64,000 nucleotides of DNA from Vicingaceae bacterium (GCA_029210015.1 JARGOE010000001.1:5804-69803); one strand, 5' to 3'. Shown: positions 38,848 through 49,366, numbered from the stretch's first letter. Notes: generated from the letters alone by a model not told the origin. Numbers and translations are program-made.

Positions 38848-39321
38848 ATGTCACAAGTTAATTATTATACAAAAGAGGGTTTAGACAAATTAAATGAAGA
38901 GCTTGACCAATTAAAAAATGTTGAGAGGGGAAAAATTTCAGCTCAAATTGCTGAAGCTAGAGATAAGGGAGATTTGTCGGAAAATGCTGAATATGATGCA
39001 GCTAAAGAAGCGCAAGGTTTGCTAGAGTTAAAAATATCTAAACTAGAAACAATTATTTCTTCAGCTAGAGTTGTTGATGAATCTCAATTAGATACATCTA
39101 AAGCATTAATTTTATCTAAAGTTAAAATTAAGAATGTTGCAAATGGTGTTGTAATGGAATATACTTTGGTTTCGGAAAAAGAAGCTGATTTGAAGCAAAG
39201 ACGTATTTCTGTTGATTCTCCTATAGGTGAAGGTTTGTTGGGTAAATCTGTAGGGGATATTGCAGAGGTTAAGGTTCCTACCGGAATAATCAATTTTGAA
39301 ATCATTGAAATTTCTAGATAA
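38848..39321 (+). CDS. greA: Transcription elongation factor GreA
   Basis: 'GDLSENAEYDAAKEAQ' signature, 157 aa. Confidence 0.95.
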   Translation: MSQVNYYTKEGLDKLNEELDQLKNVERGKISAQIAEARDKGDLSENAEYDAAKEAQGLLELKISKLETIISSARVVDESQLDTSKALILSKVKIKNVANGVVMEYTLVSEKEADLKQRRISVDSPIGEGLLGKSVGDIAEVKVPTGIINFEIIEISR

Positions 39322-39710
39322 TGGCTTCTATTTTTACTAAAATAATTAATAGAGAGGTTCCAGGATATATAATTGATGAAAATGAAGATTTTATAGCATT
39401 TTTAGATGTATTTCCTTTAGCTAAAGGACATACATTAGTTGTTCCTAAAAAGGAGGTTGATTATATTTTTGATTTAGATGAACAAACCTATATAGGTTTG
39501 CAAAAATTTGCTAAAAAAGTAGCATTAAAAGTTGAAAAAGCAATTGTGTGTGAACGAATTGGTGTTGCAGTAATTGGTTTGGAAGTGCCTCACACTCATA
39601 TTCATTTAGTACCTATTAATAATGTGTCAGATATTGATTTCTCAAGGCCTAAATTAAAATTTACTGAAGTGGAGTTTAAAGTTATTCAAGAAAAAATTAT
39701 TGGAGCTTAG
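39321..39710 (+). CDS. HIT-family nucleotide hydrolase
   Basis: Histidine triad 'HTHIHLVP', 129 aa. Confidence 0.9.
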   Translation: MASIFTKIINREVPGYIIDENEDFIAFLDVFPLAKGHTLVVPKKEVDYIFDLDEQTYIGLQKFAKKVALKVEKAIVCERIGVAVIGLEVPHTHIHLVPINNVSDIDFSRPKLKFTEVEFKVIQEKIIGA

Positions 39711-39714
39711 AATT

Positions 39715-40269
39715 TTAGGATTTAGTTCTTTTAGGGTTTTGTTTTACAAACGCACCCCATCCAGAATATGATTTTTGTGACTGAGGTTTCCCCATTTGAA
39801 AATAATGGCAAACAGCTACAGCTAAACCATCTGTTGCATCTAAATGTTTAGGTAGTGCTTTTAATTTTAAAATGTTTACCAACATACCTGCTACTTGTTC
39901 TTTTGATGCAGTTCCTTTTCCTGTTATAGATTGTTTTATTTTTCTAGGAGCATATTCAGTAACAGGAATGTCTTTATCTAAAGCAGCTGCCATTGAAATA
40001 CCCTGTGCACGCCCTAACTTTAGCATAGATTGAGCATTTTTACCCATAAAAGGGGCTTCTATAGCAAATTCGTCTGGCTTATATTCGTTGATTAAGTACT
40101 GTGTTCTTTCAAATATTTTGCTCAGTCTCATAAAATGGTCCTCTATTTTATTTAATTCAATAGAACCCATTGCTAACATGTTAATTTTATTATCAATGAT
40201 TTGAATAACTCCATAGCCCATTATGGTAGTTCCAGGGTCAATTCCTAATATTATTTTATCTTTAATCAC
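39715..40269 (-). CDS. ruvC: Holliday junction resolvase RuvC
   Basis: 'ILGIDPGTTIMGYGVI' RNase-H-like N-terminus, 184 aa. GTG start. Confidence 0.9.
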   Translation of the reverse strand: MIKDKIILGIDPGTTIMGYGVIQIIDNKINMLAMGSIELNKIEDHFMRLSKIFERTQYLINEYKPDEFAIEAPFMGKNAQSMLKLGRAQGISMAAALDKDIPVTEYAPRKIKQSITGKGTASKEQVAGMLVNILKLKALPKHLDATDGLAVAVCHYFQMGKPQSQKSYSGWGAFVKQNPKRTKS

Positions 40270-40316
40270 AATAACAAAGTTAAACGTATTAATTTAACAC
40301 AATAAAATTTGTTTTA

Positions 40317-41267
40317 TTGGTTAACAAAGTCTCATACAAATATATTAATTTACTATTCAGGTTATTTCTTGGAGTTGGAGCAGTTATCTACATTTATTAT
40401 AAGATAAGAGAAGATTGGGGAACTACTATAGTTAAGATTGATTTTTCAAATATTGAAACTAACTATTTATTACTTGCATTTTTACTTGTTTTCTTTAATT
40501 GGGGTATAGAAGCAATAAAATGGAAGTATGTTATTCGTAAAACATTAAATATTTCATTTTTTAAAGCATTTAATTATACTTTAACGGGAGTTACGGCAGG
40601 TTTATTAACTCCTAACCGTATTGGAGAAGTACCATTTAGAGCATTATTGCTTGGTAAAAAGTATTTTAAAGAGATTACTCTTAAAACCTTAGTATCAAGC
40701 TATAGTCAAATGATAATAACTTTTATTATCGGGCTTTGTGGCTTAATGGTTACCTATCATTTATTCGATTTTGGATTCGATGTAAATTTATTATTTGGAG
40801 TTTTTATACTTATAGCTTTAGTAATGCTATTACTTTACTTTAAGCTTCATAATGTTAAATTATTGCTATACAAGATTCCTTATCTAAAGAACAATCAATT
40901 AGCTGATGCATTAGGAGTATTTTCTTACAAAGAGCTATTAGTTATTTTAGGATTAAGTTTTTTGAGATATTTAATTTTTTCTTTCCAATATTTTTTAGCC
41001 ATGGAAGCTTTTGGAATTGATATGATTAACTTAACTTCAATTTCATTAATTCCTGTATGCTTTACTGTCGCATCATTTATACCTACAATTTTATTTTCTG
41101 AAATTGCTGTTAGAGCCTCAGTTGCACTGTTTATATTTGGTTTGACTTCAGATTTAAATATATCAATTATGGCAGCTTCACTTATGTTATGGAATATTAA
41201 TGTAGCTTTTCCAGCATTATTAGGATTATTTAATTTACGTAAGATTAAAATTTTATCAAGGGGTTGA
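40317..41267 (+). CDS. Polytopic membrane protein, lysyl-PG-synthase-TM / flippase-like family
   Basis: ~8 hydrophobic segments, 316 aa. TTG start. The family call is pattern-based. Confidence 0.55.
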   Translation: MVNKVSYKYINLLFRLFLGVGAVIYIYYKIREDWGTTIVKIDFSNIETNYLLLAFLLVFFNWGIEAIKWKYVIRKTLNISFFKAFNYTLTGVTAGLLTPNRIGEVPFRALLLGKKYFKEITLKTLVSSYSQMIITFIIGLCGLMVTYHLFDFGFDVNLLFGVFILIALVMLLLYFKLHNVKLLLYKIPYLKNNQLADALGVFSYKELLVILGLSFLRYLIFSFQYFLAMEAFGIDMINLTSISLIPVCFTVASFIPTILFSEIAVRASVALFIFGLTSDLNISIMAASLMLWNINVAFPALLGLFNLRKIKILSRG

Positions 41268-42370
41268 TTTATTTTATACTATTAATATCATGTATAACCT
41301 TACTCTATTGTACTTCAATGGTAGTTGTCACTATTGGCTTTTATAGAGAAAGACAGGGAATCAATAAATCAAAAAAAAATGTAAAAATATCGGTATTAAT
41401 ACCTGTTAGAAATGAGGAGGAAATGATAATAAAATGTTTAAATTCTCTTGAAAATCAAAATTACGATAAGTTAGATTTTGAGATTATAATTATTAATGAT
41501 CATTCAACAGATAAAAGTGTTGAGTTAATAAAAAAGCATATTGATATTTCTTCTTATGATTATAGTTTATATGAGTTAATTGATCAAAAATCAAAAAAAG
41601 AAGCATTAAAATTAGGGGTTAGAAATGCTACCTATTCTATAGTTGCAACTACAGATTCTGATTGCGAATTGCCAAAGAATTGGTTAAATATTATAGCGAG
41701 TAAAATAGATGGGAAAGATATGTTGCTTGGACCTTTAATGTTTAAAAATGGTAAAGGATTTTTAAATAAATTTCAGATATTAGATATGATGGCAATGCAA
41801 GGTTTGGAGTTTGGAACGCTAAATTTTGGAACCCCAATATTAAATAATGCTGCTAATTTAGCTTATAAAAAAGAGTCATTGATGGATGTTGGAGGTTATG
41901 ATAACTACTTAACACCTTCTGGAGATGATGTTTTTTTATTAGAGAAGTTTATAAATAATAATAAGCTGATTGTGGGGGGGCTGACTAAAAGTTTTATAGT
42001 AGAAACACCTTCTGAGAAAGGCTTAAAAGCATTTTTTAATCAGCGGAGGCGTTGGTCCTCAAAATCCAAATTTTACAAAAATAAGTCGTTAATATTTTTC
42101 AGTGTAATTATCTTAATTCAAAATATTGTAAGTCTTTTTATCTACATTGGTTTGCCTTTGGTCGAAAATTATTCAAGTGTATTAACAATCTTGTTGCTAA
42201 GTAAATGGGTTATTGATTTTATATTATTACTTTTGGTAGCCTCTTTTTTCGATAAAAAGAGAGTGTTAATTTATTTTATTCCTGTTCAATTGTTATATCC
42301 AATTTACCTTGTTGGTATATGGATTGCATCAATAACAATGAATTATAACTGGAAAGGGAGAAAATATTAA
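41264..42370 (+). CDS. Membrane-embedded family-2 glycosyltransferase with a Q-R-R-R-W motif
   Basis: 'VLIPVRNEE','IIIINDHSTD','TDSDCELP','PSGDDVFL','FNQRRRWSSKS'. N-terminal TM and 3-4 C-terminal TM helices. Confidence 0.8.
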   Translation: MIYFILLISCITLLYCTSMVVVTIGFYRERQGINKSKKNVKISVLIPVRNEEEMIIKCLNSLENQNYDKLDFEIIIINDHSTDKSVELIKKHIDISSYDYSLYELIDQKSKKEALKLGVRNATYSIVATTDSDCELPKNWLNIIASKIDGKDMLLGPLMFKNGKGFLNKFQILDMMAMQGLEFGTLNFGTPILNNAANLAYKKESLMDVGGYDNYLTPSGDDVFLLEKFINNNKLIVGGLTKSFIVETPSEKGLKAFFNQRRRWSSKSKFYKNKSLIFFSVIILIQNIVSLFIYIGLPLVENYSSVLTILLLSKWVIDFILLLLVASFFDKKRVLIYFIPVQLLYPIYLVGIWIASITMNYNWKGRKY

Positions 42371-43608
42371 TGAGTAGAAAAAAACAAGACATATCATCTA
42401 AATCATTGTCGTCAATAGCTTGGCATAGATTGAAGAAGAATAAATTAGCTTTATTTGGACTTTTTATAATTGTTTGTGCATTTTTTATCGCTGTTCTTGG
42501 ACCTATGATACGTCCTGATGGAACACCAATGGCGAATGATCAAATTCTTGAAATTACTACTCAACAACCAGGTTTTTCAGTTGATTTATTAAAGGTTAAG
42601 AAAAATAAAAAGAAACATGAATCAAGTATTTGGGAGATTGTAAATACTGGAGTAGAAAATGATTTTACTACTGTGCCCATTTATGATTATAGTTTTGAAG
42701 GGTACAATTTAGTTGTAGAAAAATATACTGGTGGAGATGTAAATGACGGCCAGGTAATGAGGTATAATTTGGCTGATATTGTATATGCTACAGATCATAA
42801 CGAAATTGTAGAAAAAAATGGATTCTTAGATTTCTATACTATTGATGATGGTAAAAAGCATATCTCAATAGAAGAGTTGAAAGAAGAAGTTCAGAACAAT
42901 CATATTGTATCGGAAAAATATTATTTAGGAACAGATAAGTATGGTCGAGATTTGTTGAGTAGATTAATGGCTGGAACATGGATTTCACTTCTGGTAGGAT
43001 TTATATCTGTTTTTATTTCTTTGTTTATAGGTATTACATTAGGAGCATTAGCTGGTTACTTTAGAGGATGGATTGATGATGTTGTGATGTGGTTTATCAA
43101 TGTGGTTTGGTCTATCCCAACTTTATTATTGGTAATTGCTATTACCATGGCATTAGGAAAAGGAACAACTCAAGTATTTATTGCAGTTGGTTTAACTATG
43201 TGGGTTGAAGTTGCTAGAGTAGTTAGGGGGCAAATGTTAAGCTTAAGAGAAAAAGAATTTGTTGAAGCTGGACGAGCTTTAGGGTTTACTAATGGTAGAA
43301 TTATATTTAAGCATATGATTCCAAATGTATTAGGACCTGTAATTGTAATTTCAGCAATTAATTTTGCCGCAGCAATATTGATTGAAGCTGGATTAAGTTT
43401 CTTAGGTATTGGAGCACAACCACCACAGGCTACTTGGGGTAAAATTATAGCAGAACATAAAGGGTATTTAATTACAGGGAAAGCTTATTTAGCTGTACTA
43501 CCAGGTATTGCAATTATATTAATGGTATTAGCCTTTGTATTGGTAGGAAATGGATTGAGAGATGCTCTTGATTCTAAAACAGTAGATGCAAACCCCGCAG
43601 CTGTTTAA
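42370..43608 (+). CDS. ABC transporter permease (DppC/OppC type) with a long extracytoplasmic insertion
   Basis: EAA-type loop 'EFVEAGRALGFTNGRIIFKHMIPN'. An insertion of ~150 aa follows TM1. TAATG overlap with the GT2 gene. Confidence 0.8.
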   Translation: MSRKKQDISSKSLSSIAWHRLKKNKLALFGLFIIVCAFFIAVLGPMIRPDGTPMANDQILEITTQQPGFSVDLLKVKKNKKKHESSIWEIVNTGVENDFTTVPIYDYSFEGYNLVVEKYTGGDVNDGQVMRYNLADIVYATDHNEIVEKNGFLDFYTIDDGKKHISIEELKEEVQNNHIVSEKYYLGTDKYGRDLLSRLMAGTWISLLVGFISVFISLFIGITLGALAGYFRGWIDDVVMWFINVVWSIPTLLLVIAITMALGKGTTQVFIAVGLTMWVEVARVVRGQMLSLREKEFVEAGRALGFTNGRIIFKHMIPNVLGPVIVISAINFAAAILIEAGLSFLGIGAQPPQATWGKIIAEHKGYLITGKAYLAVLPGIAIILMVLAFVLVGNGLRDALDSKTVDANPAAV

Positions 43609-44996
43609 AATAGTAATAATCCTGAAATATATATTGCCATTCCAATTAACATCATGTATAATGTATATGGCAGAATTTCTTTTGCTTTAAGCCCTGTTAT
43701 TCCTAATAATGGTAATGCCCAAAAAGGTTGAAGCATATTGGTTAACTGATCACCATAAGCTAAAGCCATAATACTTTTAGGTAAAGAAATCCCTAAATCC
43801 ATAGCAGATTGAACTATAATTGGACCTTGAACAGCCCATTGACCACCTCCGCTAGGCACAAAAACATTAACTAATCCTGCACTAAAAAAAGTGTAGATAG
43901 GATACGAAGTTTCTGTAGAAATAGAAACAAAGAAGTTAGCTATTTCATTAACTAATCCAGAGTTACTCATAATACCCATAATTCCAAAGTATAATGGAAA
44001 CTGAATTAATATTCCTGAAGCACCACCTATTGCTTTATCTAATGCTTTTAAAAACTGATAGATATTTTTATGAAATAGAATTGCTAGTGAAAATAGTAGT
44101 AGATTAATATTGTTAGGATTGAAGAATTTTAATAAATCAAATTGATAATCTATTGCCACTTTATAGCCAACATAAAATAGCAGGATAATTCCAAATATTA
44201 ATATAAACCATCTAGAATAATCTAATATTTCAGCACCCTCTTTTTTTTGAGTTATAATTTCAGAATTATCATTGTCTGTTATATTTATAGTTTTTTCTTC
44301 ACTTCTTTTTCCTAGCCAATACATAGATATAGGCAGCAGTAATACTAATAGAATCATTACAAAAATATTCATTGAAGATCCTACGGTTTCCCAATAAGAA
44401 ATTTGCTCTGGTAATATAGCTAATTGATTTTCTGGTATAAGTCCATTAATCATTGCTTTTAAATGACCAGGTTCTGCAACTTTAGCTAATGATGAACCAG
44501 ATAAACCTCCATGCCATACTAATAAAGCAGAATAACCTGCTGCACCAATAATAGGGTAATTTATTTTTATATTTTGTTTCGTAGCGTGTTCAGCCACTTT
44601 GCGAGCGAAAATAGCTCCAAAAATTAAACCTAATCCCCAGTTAAATAGGCCAACTAAAACAGTAAGAAAGGTAACTAAAGCAGCAGAATTAGCTGTATTG
44701 TTACATTTCTTAACCGCTAAACTTATGATGTGATTTACTGGTTTGGTTAATGCTAAAATATGCCCTAAAACAAGCATTAGCATCATTTGCATAGCAAATA
44801 CCATTAAGCCACTGTTCCAAATACCTTCTTCCCAATATTTTAATAATTGAATTGAATAGTTGCCAGCAGTTTCAGAACTGGGTTGGGTAACAAAAAAAGC
44901 AATAAAAAAAGTAACTATAGTTAATACTATAGCAATTGTAAATGGAGTAGGAAGCAAGTACTTAAATACTTTAGTGTATTTATCTGTAAAACTCAT
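43605..44996 (-). CDS. Polytopic transporter, AtoE/short-chain-fatty-acid-transporter-like
   Basis: 463 aa with >10 hydrophobic segments. The family call is from memory of the AtoE-type pattern only. Confidence 0.55.
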   Translation of the reverse strand: MSFTDKYTKVFKYLLPTPFTIAIVLTIVTFFIAFFVTQPSSETAGNYSIQLLKYWEEGIWNSGLMVFAMQMMLMLVLGHILALTKPVNHIISLAVKKCNNTANSAALVTFLTVLVGLFNWGLGLIFGAIFARKVAEHATKQNIKINYPIIGAAGYSALLVWHGGLSGSSLAKVAEPGHLKAMINGLIPENQLAILPEQISYWETVGSSMNIFVMILLVLLLPISMYWLGKRSEEKTINITDNDNSEIITQKKEGAEILDYSRWFILIFGIILLFYVGYKVAIDYQFDLLKFFNPNNINLLLFSLAILFHKNIYQFLKALDKAIGGASGILIQFPLYFGIMGIMSNSGLVNEIANFFVSISTETSYPIYTFFSAGLVNVFVPSGGGQWAVQGPIIVQSAMDLGISLPKSIMALAYGDQLTNMLQPFWALPLLGITGLKAKEILPYTLYMMLIGMAIYISGLLLF

Positions 44997-44997
44997 T

Positions 44998-45834
44998 TTA
45001 CCCTAACAGAACTTTCCAAGCATCCATTACTTGGTTGTTAGCTAATAATTCTTTAGCAGCTTGGTGTTTGTCTTCTGAAGGAGTTGAGTAATTATTAATT
45101 TCTTCTTGACTTGGGAAAGCTTCAATACTCCCCAATAAACCTAAATCATTACCTGTTAAAATAGAACTATTTCTAATCTCTACTGGAATTTGATCTACAC
45201 CAATTCCTATAGTTGTAATTGGTTTTTGGATTTCAAACATAGAGTTTTCATTAGCTCTACAATACCAGTTTCCACCCATACGACTAACCAAATCAATTTT
45301 ATGTTGGTCTATCATTCCTTTATCATCTAGTATATCTTCTTTAATATGAATTCTTAAAACTTCACATATAACTAAATTTCCTGCACCACCATTTTGTCCT
45401 AACTCCACAACATCGTTCACTTTACATTCAAACTGAACAGGAGATTCTTTAACTCTAAAAGGTTTTATAGTTTCAGAAGCGATTGGTGTTAGTCCTGATT
45501 TTTCAAACTCATCAATTTCAGATTCATAAGGAGAACTTGATAAAGACATTTGCTGAACGATATCGTAATTAACAATATTAATAACTACTTCTTTTGTAGC
45601 TTTTACATTATCAAAAGTGTTTTTAGTAGCTCCTGTTTTTCCACTTCTTGCAGGAGAAAATACCATTATTGGAGGATTAGCACTAAAAACATTAAAGAAG
45701 CTGAAAGGGCTTAAATTTTTCACCCCATTTTCATCAACAGTACTTGCAAAAGCTATTGGTCTTGGACCCACCGCTCCTAATAAGTAATGATGTAATTTAG
45801 GTACTTCTATTTCTTTAGGATTTATAGTCAACAT
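44998..45834 (-). CDS. Flavin reductase-like (FMN-binding split-barrel) protein
   Basis: 'PRPIAFASTVDENGVKNLSPFSFFN' is typical of the flavin reductase-like domain. Confidence 0.6.
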   Translation of the reverse strand: MLTINPKEIEVPKLHHYLLGAVGPRPIAFASTVDENGVKNLSPFSFFNVFSANPPIMVFSPARSGKTGATKNTFDNVKATKEVVINIVNYDIVQQMSLSSSPYESEIDEFEKSGLTPIASETIKPFRVKESPVQFECKVNDVVELGQNGGAGNLVICEVLRIHIKEDILDDKGMIDQHKIDLVSRMGGNWYCRANENSMFEIQKPITTIGIGVDQIPVEIRNSSILTGNDLGLLGSIEAFPSQEEINNYSTPSEDKHQAAKELLANNQVMDAWKVLLG

Positions 45835-45837
45835 ATA

Positions 45838-46638
45838 TTATGGAATAGTTATATCATATACAATATCGTACAGCTGAGTTGTTGCAAGATTATTACAACC
45901 AGAACCAAAATCTAAAATTCTAAAAGCTTTATTTTCAGGAGTTACTTGAACAATTCCTGAGCTAATCCAGTTACAATTTCCTTCTAAGGTTAAATCAGAA
46001 TTAATAGATGCTATAAATTCATTACCTTCTCTAGTTACACCTGATGCAGTACCTGAAATGTTATAAGTGTCGTCAAGTATTGATGCTGTAGCTGAACCAT
46101 TAACTATTTCTATAGTTTGAATACCTGACCACTTAAATATGTTATTGTTTTTAACATATGTAACATCAGTTGCAGTAAGTGTGTAGTTCGGAAGATTATT
46201 TATTTTTCCATTAAAAGAATAAGAAAGGTTGCCAGTTATGCCTAAATTATACTGTGTATAATTATTAAAATTCACATTAACTAAACTTCCACTAACATCG
46301 TATTTATTAGAAAAAGATAAAGTTATAGATCCAGTTTTATCATAACAAGATCCATTAAATTGAATTGTTATTGTCATTGGGTTTGAGATGGTGTCAATGA
46401 TAAGTGTATCACAGCCATACAAACTAGTAGTATTAGCTAGATTATTGTTTGTAATACCTTTTACGCTATTGGCAGCGTAATGAGCTAGTTTAAAAATTTC
46501 ATAAGTATCACTTTGACCTTTTGCGTAGCTTTTTGAGGAATTTACTGATGTATCTTGATCTCTATCAGAATCTGGAATATTACATTGGGAAATCAATAAT
46601 GTAAAAATGATTGCAAAAAATGAATATATATATTTCAT
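45838..46638 (-). CDS. Hypothetical lipoprotein
   Basis: Signal peptide plus lipobox 'LLISQC', followed by the acidic stretch 'NIPDSDRDQD'. Asn/Ser/Thr-rich beta-type sequence. Confidence 0.5.
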   Translation of the reverse strand: MKYIYSFFAIIFTLLISQCNIPDSDRDQDTSVNSSKSYAKGQSDTYEIFKLAHYAANSVKGITNNNLANTTSLYGCDTLIIDTISNPMTITIQFNGSCYDKTGSITLSFSNKYDVSGSLVNVNFNNYTQYNLGITGNLSYSFNGKINNLPNYTLTATDVTYVKNNNIFKWSGIQTIEIVNGSATASILDDTYNISGTASGVTREGNEFIASINSDLTLEGNCNWISSGIVQVTPENKAFRILDFGSGCNNLATTQLYDIVYDITIP

Positions 46639-46670
46639 AACAACAGCTTTATTGGTTTTAGTAACTAAAA

Positions 46671-47180
46671 TTAGTTGATTTTTTCATAAACGGCAAATGT
46701 GTGTTTATAAGGGTTTTTCTCATCAGGCTCAACTGTAAGCTCACTTTTCTTTTTCCACACATTGCTATCTATTTCTGGGAAAAAAGTGTCTGCATCAAAT
46801 GATTGATGTACGAAAGTGATGTACATTTTATCAATTAAATTATTCTCTAAAGCATCTTTGTAGATTTGACCTCCACCAATAATAAAAAGTTCCTCCTCGT
46901 TATTAGATTTAGCATAATCAATAGCATCTTTTAAATTATGCTTTACCACACAACCATCTTCTTTAAAGTTCGTATTTCTTGTTAAAACAATATTGGTGCG
47001 ATTAACTAAAGGTCTATATTTTTCTGGAATAGAAATGTAGTTTTTACGACCAGTAATAATATGATGATTTAAGGTTTTTTCCTTAAAATATTTCATGTCG
47101 TTTGGTAAATGCCAAAGCAAATCGTTGTCTTTGCCAATACCGTTATTATCTGCAATAGCTACAATTAAAGATGTAATCAT
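46671..47180 (-). CDS. folA: Dihydrofolate reductase
   Basis: 'VAIADNNGIGKDNDLLWHLPNDMKYFKEKT' DHFR signature, 169 aa. Confidence 0.95.
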   Translation of the reverse strand: MITSLIVAIADNNGIGKDNDLLWHLPNDMKYFKEKTLNHHIITGRKNYISIPEKYRPLVNRTNIVLTRNTNFKEDGCVVKHNLKDAIDYAKSNNEEELFIIGGGQIYKDALENNLIDKMYITFVHQSFDADTFFPEIDSNVWKKKSELTVEPDEKNPYKHTFAVYEKIN

Positions 47181-48925
47181 TTAGTTAACCATTTATTAAA
47201 TACAGCATTCTTTTTTTCATCATCATTAAAAATGAAATAGCGTGTATTTCCTTTTTCTTTTAATGGAAAGCTAATCGTTTGCATTAAATTATCTCTGCTA
47301 ATTAAAACGTCAATTTTATCGCCTACCTTTTTATCAACTATAAAATCACTAGCATCATCATTAACTCTAAAGCCATTAATTGAAATAATTTCATCATTAA
47401 CATTTAATCCGCCTTCATAAGCTGATCCCCCTCTGTAAACTGTTCTAATTTTATTTCCTCCAGATAAAGAGATACCTAAACTAGGCTCATGGTTTACTAT
47501 AGCTTCTACTTTCATGTTGGCATATCCCATAATAGTTTCATAATCGAAAGTTTGAGTGCCATTAATGTATTTTGCAAAAAAGTCATCTAGTTTTAAGCTC
47601 GACACTTTTTCTAAAGTAGCTTGCATTTCTTTATTAGTAAAACCTCTTTTTTCTTTTAAGTAAAAGTCTTTATATAAGGTTTGCATCACATTGTCTAAAT
47701 TCTTTTTCCCTTTTGTAGCATTACAAATCATTAAGTCTAGCATGTTAGCAATAACAGAACCTTTGGTGTAATATGAAATAGTAGTGTTGTAACTATTTTC
47801 ATTATGTCGGTAAGCTTTTATCCATGCATTAAAACTCGCATCAGCTGCTGGTTGAACTTTATTCCCTGGTTGGTTTTCAATTCTGTTTATTGAACCTGTA
47901 AACTTTCCAATAATTTCACTTTCGGTATAAACTCCAGCTCTGTACAATAATAATTCATCATAGTAGCTGGTAAAACCTTCCATCACCCATAAAAGGTGAG
48001 TATAGTTTTCATTGTTATAATCAAAAGGACCTAATTCAATAGGTCTAATTCTTTTCACATTCCATAAATGGAAATACTCGTGAGCAACTAAACTTAAAAA
48101 ACCTTTGTATTGATCTGGTCCATATGTCCAACGGTTAACTTGAAGCGTAGTAGAACTTAAATGTTCTAAACCTCCACTTCCAACAGTTAAGTTGTGTATT
48201 ATAAATGTGTATTCTTTATTTGGGTTAACGCCAAAAACATCAGTACAGGCTTTAGTAATTTTAGCCATATCTACTTTTAGTTTTTCAATATCATAATTTC
48301 CCTTACCATACATTGCTACATGGTGCAAAACACCAGCAGAAGTGAAATCAAAAGTTTCTTGGTTACCAATTTCTACAGGAGAATCTACTAAAATATCATA
48401 ATCAGGTGCTTTATAAACAAAACCTTTTCCTTCTACTTTAGGTAACGAGGTGCTTACTTTTTTCCAATCTTTAAAAGGGATGATTGTAAGGTTATGAGGA
48501 ATGTTTTTTAATTCGTTAATGTACATAAACATGCTTGTACCATTAAAGTAACCGTGAGAAGCGTCTACAAAGCTTGTACGTACACTTAACTCAAAAGCAT
48601 ACACTCTGTAAGTAATGTTTACGTTGTTGGCTTTTTTAGAATAAATACGCCAAGTGTTTTTATTGATTTGCTCTGTTCTGATTAACTTTTTATTGAAAGA
48701 AGCATTTACATCCTCTACACTTTTAGCAAATTCTCTTACTAAATATGAACCTGGAGCCCAAACAGGCATTTGTATATCAAAATAATCTTTTTCGTAATCG
48801 CTCACATTCATTTTAACCTCAAAATAATGAGTATGTGGCTCTGGCATAGAAACTTCGTAACTTATTTGTTGCGAATGCAGTATAAATGATGACAAGACAA
48901 AAAATAGTAGTAATAGCTTTTTCAT
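47177..48925 (-). CDS. M61 glycyl aminopeptidase with a C-terminal PDZ domain
   Basis: 'AHEYFHLWNVKRIRP' motif. PDZ-like 'GGLNVNDEIISINGFRV'. Signal peptide. Confidence 0.85.
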   Translation of the reverse strand: MKKLLLLFFVLSSFILHSQQISYEVSMPEPHTHYFEVKMNVSDYEKDYFDIQMPVWAPGSYLVREFAKSVEDVNASFNKKLIRTEQINKNTWRIYSKKANNVNITYRVYAFELSVRTSFVDASHGYFNGTSMFMYINELKNIPHNLTIIPFKDWKKVSTSLPKVEGKGFVYKAPDYDILVDSPVEIGNQETFDFTSAGVLHHVAMYGKGNYDIEKLKVDMAKITKACTDVFGVNPNKEYTFIIHNLTVGSGGLEHLSSTTLQVNRWTYGPDQYKGFLSLVAHEYFHLWNVKRIRPIELGPFDYNNENYTHLLWVMEGFTSYYDELLLYRAGVYTESEIIGKFTGSINRIENQPGNKVQPAADASFNAWIKAYRHNENSYNTTISYYTKGSVIANMLDLMICNATKGKKNLDNVMQTLYKDFYLKEKRGFTNKEMQATLEKVSSLKLDDFFAKYINGTQTFDYETIMGYANMKVEAIVNHEPSLGISLSGGNKIRTVYRGGSAYEGGLNVNDEIISINGFRVNDDASDFIVDKKVGDKIDVLISRDNLMQTISFPLKEKGNTRYFIFNDDEKKNAVFNKWLTK

Positions 48926-49083
48926 AGACTTAAAACTGTTAAAATGAGTTAAAAAGTAAAGTTACCTAAAATAAAATAGGTGATGAGGGAGTTATTAAGT
49001 TTTATTGGTAGATACTAATACATAAAAGGCAAGCAAAAGATGATTATTTTTTGTAAATTTAAAACTCACAAATTACCTAAGGC

Positions 49084-49296
49084 ATGGCAGTAATAACTAA
49101 GATTAAATCAAAAAAAATGTTGGAGTACAGTAAGAAAGTGTTGAGGAAAGTAAGTTTTGATGTTTCGTTATTTAAGAAGGAGCTTTCTAAAGCCTATCAA
49201 AATTTATTAGAAGAAGAGATAGAAGAATTGATGAATTGGGTATCCAAGAATTTTGGCGCTCAATATGTACTGCAACCCATTTACATTAAAAACTAA
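49084..49296 (+). CDS. Small hypothetical protein
   Basis: An ORF only. The likelier start is the internal ATG at 49117 ('MLEYSKKVLRKVSF'). A strong terminator follows. Confidence 0.35.
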   Translation: MAVITKIKSKKMLEYSKKVLRKVSFDVSLFKKELSKAYQNLLEEEIEELMNWVSKNFGAQYVLQPIYIKN

Positions 49297-49314
49297 GTTT
49301 AACTTTTAAAAGAT

Positions 49315-49347
49315 AAAAAAAGCCTCAATGAAAATTGAGGCTTTTTT
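49315..49347. terminator. Bidirectional rho-independent terminator between convergent genes
   Basis: AGCCTCAAT-GAAA-ATTGAGGCT hairpin flanked by AAAAAA and TTTTTT. Confidence 0.9.
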
Positions 49348-49366
49348 ATTTAGACTTATTTTATAT

